DNA of 64,000 nucleotides from an uncultured Candidatus Saccharibacteria bacterium (GTDB taxonomy: Bacteria; Patescibacteriota; Minisyncoccia; Phycocordibacterales; UBA5272). Of the stretch, positions 59,883-64,000 are shown in pieces (positions within the stretch are counted from its first letter, which is position 1; every line of letters starts with the position of its first letter). The DNA lies in contig CAYXKW010000003.1 of assembly GCA_964464695.1 (NCBI GenBank), positions 10,577 to 74,576 on the forward strand, given 5' to 3'. The notes beneath the pieces were generated by a model. That model was not told the origin of the DNA and did no database searches. It saw only the letters and a program-made list of their open reading frames with translations. The position numbers and the translations under genes were made by a program.

Positions 59883-61007
59883 TTTATCAGCTTTGACTAA
59901 TAAAGTATCAATAGCAGCATGTAAGTTTTTACATGTATCTATCTGACTGCGTTTCCAGCTTTCTATTCTTTCTCTTAAATTTTTTCTAAAAGAAGGATCG
60001 ATAATATTCCCATCTGTATCGATTTGACCAGGCTCTAAGTCTTTCCATAAAAATAACTCAAGTCCACTAATACTTATATTGTCCAAATTATCTTTATAAG
60101 TATCTATATGGGATTTTATTTTTAAATTAATATTGTTCACTATACCATCTGTCGAAAGTATTCCACCTTGTATTTGAAGTTCTTGTACTGAAAAGCTAAT
60201 AAAATCAACAACTGCTTTCATCTGTTCTTCTTCCATATCTTCAAAAGATTGAGCAATCTTTTGAATTGTAGGCTCAATAACATACAGGTCCAAATACTCA
60301 TGTATCTTATTTCTGTTTAACTCGTATTGTTTAGCAAGCAGTTCGGCGTCAAAGCCTTCTTCTCGTGGAGTTTGTTCAGGTGCAACATATTTATCTAGAA
60401 AAAGTATTTCAAGTTCCGGTACAAGAATTTTTACACCACCTAAGTCAACCGTTTCAAAGGTCTTACTAAGCAAGTCCGGAGGTAAATTAACTAAGCCTTT
60501 TGTCCTTCTAGACTCCGAACTAAAACTCTCCTCTCCCGGAAATACTTCCTCAAAGAGATTGCTGTTGCTTCTATCATTTACTCCGTACAATTCAAAATCA
60601 GCATGTGATCTGTATGGAAAATCTATAGACTTCTTTTTTCTTCCTAACACCTTGCCTCTTAAAGCAACTTCTACACCAATACCTTTGCCGAGCAAATATG
60701 TGGTACCCATTGCATCACTTTGATGCCACAAAGAAACAGCCAGTAATACTTTTTTATAAAAATCATCTATTGTATCCATCTGAACTCCGGAGTCTACAGT
60801 TGTGGATTCATGCCACCTCTTAAGCTCTGTTATCTGTGCTTGGTTTAAATTTTGAGAAATAAAACCGTTACTTTCAACTAGTAAACCCTTACTTTCGAAA
60901 AAAGCTTGTGCGTCTTTTACAGCCTCAATATTTGGAGTTATTTTTTCTTGACTAACTAGTATTTCTTGGTTTAAAGATTCGGCAGATTGTCCAAAAGGAA
61001 TATTCAT
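59853..61007 (-). CDS. Cargo protein, possible nucleotidyltransferase fold
   Basis: LLGKGIGVEVAL...RSHADFEL and GVKILVPELEILFLDK resemble ANT(2'')/Lnu-type NTase motifs (inference). Confidence 0.55.
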   Translation of the reverse strand: MNIPFGQSAESLNQEILVSQEKITPNIEAVKDAQAFFESKGLLVESNGFISQNLNQAQITELKRWHESTTVDSGVQMDTIDDFYKKVLLAVSLWHQSDAMGTTYLLGKGIGVEVALRGKVLGRKKKSIDFPYRSHADFELYGVNDRSNSNLFEEVFPGEESFSSESRRTKGLVNLPPDLLSKTFETVDLGGVKILVPELEILFLDKYVAPEQTPREEGFDAELLAKQYELNRNKIHEYLDLYVIEPTIQKIAQSFEDMEEEQMKAVVDFISFSVQELQIQGGILSTDGIVNNINLKIKSHIDTYKDNLDNISISGLELFLWKDLEPGQIDTDGNIIDPSFRKNLRERIESWKRSQIDTCKNLHAAIDTLLVKADKFIDAREGSN

Positions 61008-61066
61008 ACCCTAATAGTAACATTTATAGGAAAGAGAATCTTTCTCGTGCTGGTATGTTTTGGGAT

Positions 61067-61152
61067 CAGAAGGGATCGGTCACAAATCTGCCTCGCTGCG
61101 CTCGAAGCAGATTCCCGACCCGTATTCGATCCCTTACGAAAGTGACGCAGGT
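61067..61152. repeat. Element C, copy 2
   Basis: AAGGGATCG...CGATCCCTT outer inverted repeat and inner AATCTGCCTCG/CGAAGCAGATT stem. Confidence 0.75.
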
Positions 61153-61163
61153 CACTTTCTCTG

Positions 61164-61221
61164 GGGGCACAGAAATACAAAAGCCACATCTTAAGATGTG
61201 GCTTTTGTATTTCTGTGCCCC
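61164..61221. repeat. 58-bp perfect palindrome whose ends are the tRNA 3'-end motif GGGGCAC
   Basis: GGGGCACAGAAATACAAAAGCCACATCTT|AAGATGTGGCTTTTGTATTTCTGTGCCCC. Confidence 0.9.
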
Positions 61222-61314
61222 GAAACGTGACACGACCTCCTAGCTTCATTACCCCACAAGGTCGGTTTGGTAATTTTTAGTATATCAGTTCGACCCTTCT
61301 CGTGCGCCTATGAA
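61215..61314. repeat. Element B, copy 2
   Basis: Near-identical to 59783..59882. Confidence 0.9.
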
Positions 61315-61367
61315 ATAGTGACAAAAGTGACACATCTTAGACTACGAATAGTTACAGCTATATGTAA

Positions 61368-62417
61368 CTATTCGTAGTATCCTCCAAGGCTTAGGTTGAA
61401 TTTACCATCCGCACGTAGCTCCTGAATAAGGTATCTTCCTGACTGATAATTTTGACCATTTGCACTTTTATAAAGTAGAACAAGTTTTAGGTTTGTCAGC
61501 TGTCTGTCGGCAAGAGCAGAAGAGCTGTATATTGCCGTTGTGTAATGTCTCGTTGTATCTCCAGCAGTAAGAAGATGCATTAGATTTTGGAGTGAATCCC
61601 CGAAGAAGTCATCTGCGATAAACTGAAACTTCATATCCATAGCACTTTCATTGCCAATATTTATAACCTTAAAACTCATCTCCTGACCGTTAGGTCCGCC
61701 AGAAGTAAGAAACTCTGATATATCCAGACGCGGTCTCGATGGGTTGTTATTTGGTATTTCTTCCAACGTCTCTCTTGTTGCTCGTACTTTCTTTCCGCTA
61801 TTAAGAGTAATAATTGTTTCGAAGTGTTTAGCTGTATCAGTAGGTTCTCCTCGATTATCTTCCACTCTCTGTTCTCCTGTCTTTCCGTCCACAATCATAT
61901 GAGCTTTTTCACTTCTCCCAGTTCTGTTTCCAATAAGAATGTGATGATCTTCATCTCCTTCTTGAGAACGAGATTCAATAAATACTTCATCTGTCTTGAA
62001 ACCATTCTTGGTGGTCTTTCCTCTTTGCTTACGCTCTTCAATAGGTAAACCACAAAATTCATACAACGTATCTCGTGAAGCAATCTTAATAAAATATCTA
62101 ACTTCGGTGAATTTGTCAGGAAGTCCCATTTGCCAATTCCAACTAGTTAGTAATCGCTCCTTTGTGTCTGATTTTTTAGGCACAGGCATGAAATGAAAAT
62201 CATATCTCCTTGTCACGACAGAAGATAGTTTGTGCTTATTCATGGCGTTAAGAAAAAACTGAGTATCATCGTATGAAAACTTTGCTTTCTTCAGTTGTGG
62301 CTCAGTAATGACCACAGTATCATCATCAATATAAAAAAGCTGATCTGTGATCAGTGCAAGAAACTTCCTCAAATTTTTAGGCACAGGGGCCTCTTTTACC
62401 TTGTTCATTTGGCACAA
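61368..62417 (-). CDS. Hypothetical cargo protein
   Basis: 349-aa ORF, no motif recognised; start may be ATG at 62408. Confidence 0.65.
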   Translation of the reverse strand: MCQMNKVKEAPVPKNLRKFLALITDQLFYIDDDTVVITEPQLKKAKFSYDDTQFFLNAMNKHKLSSVVTRRYDFHFMPVPKKSDTKERLLTSWNWQMGLPDKFTEVRYFIKIASRDTLYEFCGLPIEERKQRGKTTKNGFKTDEVFIESRSQEGDEDHHILIGNRTGRSEKAHMIVDGKTGEQRVEDNRGEPTDTAKHFETIITLNSGKKVRATRETLEEIPNNNPSRPRLDISEFLTSGGPNGQEMSFKVINIGNESAMDMKFQFIADDFFGDSLQNLMHLLTAGDTTRHYTTAIYSSSALADRQLTNLKLVLLYKSANGQNYQSGRYLIQELRADGKFNLSLGGYYE

Positions 62418-62440
62418 TTATAGCATTTTTAAAAGTTTCG

Positions 62441-62980
62441 CTACACTTCCTTCTTTTCGTCAACTTCTGTGAACTTTAAGTAGTTCATAATCTTGTACTT
62501 CTCTACTTTCTTACGAAGATCTGCATAACAATACCACTCGTAAGACCTGTGCCAGGTCTTTCCATCTTTTTCATAGCTACTGCTTCTTGATTTTGTGAAT
62601 TCTTTAGGAGGAAGAAAATCCTTATTATCTTTAATAAGGTAAATGTAAGCTTGTACTCCTTTACCATAACGACTAATGGTACGAGGTTTGATAATTCCTT
62701 CTTTTATCCACTTTCGCAGTGTTGGAGTTTTTAAATTAAACCTGTCTTTAATCTCCCACTCGGAGTACCAACTTTCTTTAAACTTAAGTAATGAGCCAGG
62801 TATTTCTTTTCTATCTATTGCTTTCTGACACGCAAGACACTTAGAACCCCACTTGTCATACCAGTATTCTATATCCTGCCCGTAATCATACTGACCACAG
62901 AGAGGGCATGACCCACCGTTTCGTTTGATGGCAAATCCCTCAGGATGTTCTTTCAGCCTTTCCTCCCGTTCCTGTTCTTC
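62441..62980 (-). pseudogene. 5'-truncated gene for Zn-finger plus HTH-like protein (not in ORF track)
   Basis: Open frame EEQEREERLKEHPEGF..SCPLCG..WYDKWGSKCLACQ..KTPTLRKWIKEGIIKP..; preceded directly by in-frame TAA, with no start codon near its 5' end. Confidence 0.7.
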
Positions 62981-63010
62981 TTACTTATGCTTCTCGTACT
63001 AGCACGTTTG

Positions 63011-63188
63011 GGTGCCCCCAGAAGGGATCTCTCCGACTCGTCGGATGACCAACTCGCTGGACTGCGATTTTTGCAGACTGAGTACAGTCTAAAAAATCGG
63101 GAGCCTTCGGTTCGACTCAAGTTCTGTAGAACTGTGAAATAATAAACACCCCTTTATTAAAAGAGGTGTTTATTATTTCAAGTGCCCC
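63011..63188. repeat. Element A, copy 2, flanked by 16-bp direct repeat of the tRNA 3' end
   Basis: TGCCCCCAGAAGGGAT at 63013-63028 and 63183-63198. Confidence 0.93.
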
Positions 63189-63255
63189 CAGAAGGGATTG
63201 AACCTTCGACCGTCTGCTTAAAAGGCAGCTGCTCTACCAACTGAGCTATAGGGAC
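63183..63255 (-). tRNA. tRNA-Lys(TTT)
   Basis: GTCCCTATAGCTCAGTTGGTAGAGCAGCTGCCTTTTAAGCAGACGGTCGAAGGTTCAATCCCTTCTGGGGGCA folds as a cloverleaf, anticodon TTT; CCA not encoded. Confidence 0.96.
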
Positions 63256-63324
63256 ATGTGTTTAGAAATCCTATCATAAAACACAACATATTTCCAGTAG
63301 TGACAAATAGTAAAAAAGAAGTCT

Positions 63325-63483
63325 CTATTTTTTTGTACTAGTCCCGACAGGAGAAGTGGTGCCATCTTGGTTGTACTGAACAAACAACGTAGTACCATCA
63401 TTTCTGAGTGGTCCACCAGTTAAGTACCAAGCAATCCAAATTGCCCAGAATACTGCAAAAATTTTTAAGAGAAGTCCTCCCAT
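63325..63483 (-). CDS. 52-aa membrane peptide (not in ORF track)
   Basis: MGGLLLKIFAVFWAIWIAWYLTGGP...; TATACT just upstream. Confidence 0.6.
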   Translation of the reverse strand: MGGLLLKIFAVFWAIWIAWYLTGGPLRNDGTTLFVQYNQDGTTSPVGTSTKK

Positions 63484-63590
63484 GTAAAGATAGTATAATA
63501 CAGCAGGTAGCTCTTAGCTATTAGAAACTTACAGTCTTTGCATTCCGTCTGCTAGTTTAGTAGAATCGAATAAACTTCAAGGAGATTGTC

Positions 63591-64000
63591 ATGGGTTCTT
63601 TATTTTTTAGCATTCTTGTTCCTCCAATTCTGTTAAGTTTGATTGTGTGGGCGTATTATTTCAGACATTACCACATTGGATACGGAATGGTGCTTATACG
63701 AAGAAAAAGTGATGGCACGGTTTGGGTGGTTTCAAGGCTGCTTAATTCTCCAGCAGAAAAAGCTGGGATACAAAATCGCATCCAAGTAGAGTCAGTTAAC
63801 GGAGAGTCGATGATTTTTCCAATTGAAACAAGTTTCCGTTACTGGGCGCATCAATCTAAACCAAAAATTGGTCAAAAGGAAATGTGGACTTTTACCAATG
63901 GTTTACGAGTCACTTTGGAACCATCGATTGTAAGACAAAAAATTCCAATATATTGGAATCCAAATGCTACACAGGTTGGCGAAAAAAGTTTTAATCAGGA
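63591..64000 (+). CDS. Membrane protein with PDZ-like domain (3' end outside window)
   Basis: TM helix then IGYGM...NSPAEKAGIQ...VESVNG; AAGGAG SD. Confidence 0.7.
   Translation, partial: MGSLFFSILVPPILLSLIVWAYYFRHYHIGYGMVLIRRKSDGTVWVVSRLLNSPAEKAGIQNRIQVESVNGESMIFPIETSFRYWAHQSKPKIGQKEMWTFTNGLRVTLEPSIVRQKIPIYWNPNATQVGEKSFNQ

Noticed and set aside
1-64000. Alternative genetic code (TGA recoded)
   Set aside because: All conserved genes are full length under code 11, and TGA terminates hfq, tsaE and the VirB4-like gene at expected positions.

Overview
AT-rich chromosomal window from a bacterium that looks like Patescibacteria/CPR (Parcubacteria-like). This assignment is inferred from the gene content: a PrgI/VirB4/VirB6/pilin cluster, CPR-type Cys motifs, and many genes with a -10 box directly before the ATG. 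Standard genetic code. The window spans the probable replication origin (yidC-rnpA-rpmH <> dnaA-oriC-dnaN). It also holds many housekeeping and DNA-repair genes (pgk end, xth, xer, rpsO, comM, pcrA/uvrD, rsmA, lnt, PBP1A, tyrS, ruvC, ruvB, pilB, tsaE, polA, holA-like) and a ~14 kb chromosomal T4SS-like locus. Most notable observations: (1) an array downstream of tRNA-Lys built from repeated tRNA 3' ends, hairpins and three families of ~90-180 bp structured elements that separate cargo genes; (2) two T4SS pilin-like genes sharing a 238 bp identical N-terminal module fused to different putative cell-wall hydrolases; (3) a Betaproteobacteria-like hfq; (4) a set of accessory genes with strong Shine-Dalgarno signals, whereas the core genes inspected look leaderless or SD-less; (5) intergenic 7-nt-periodic repeat tracts, often in inverted pairs. 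All calls were made by eye, without database searches.
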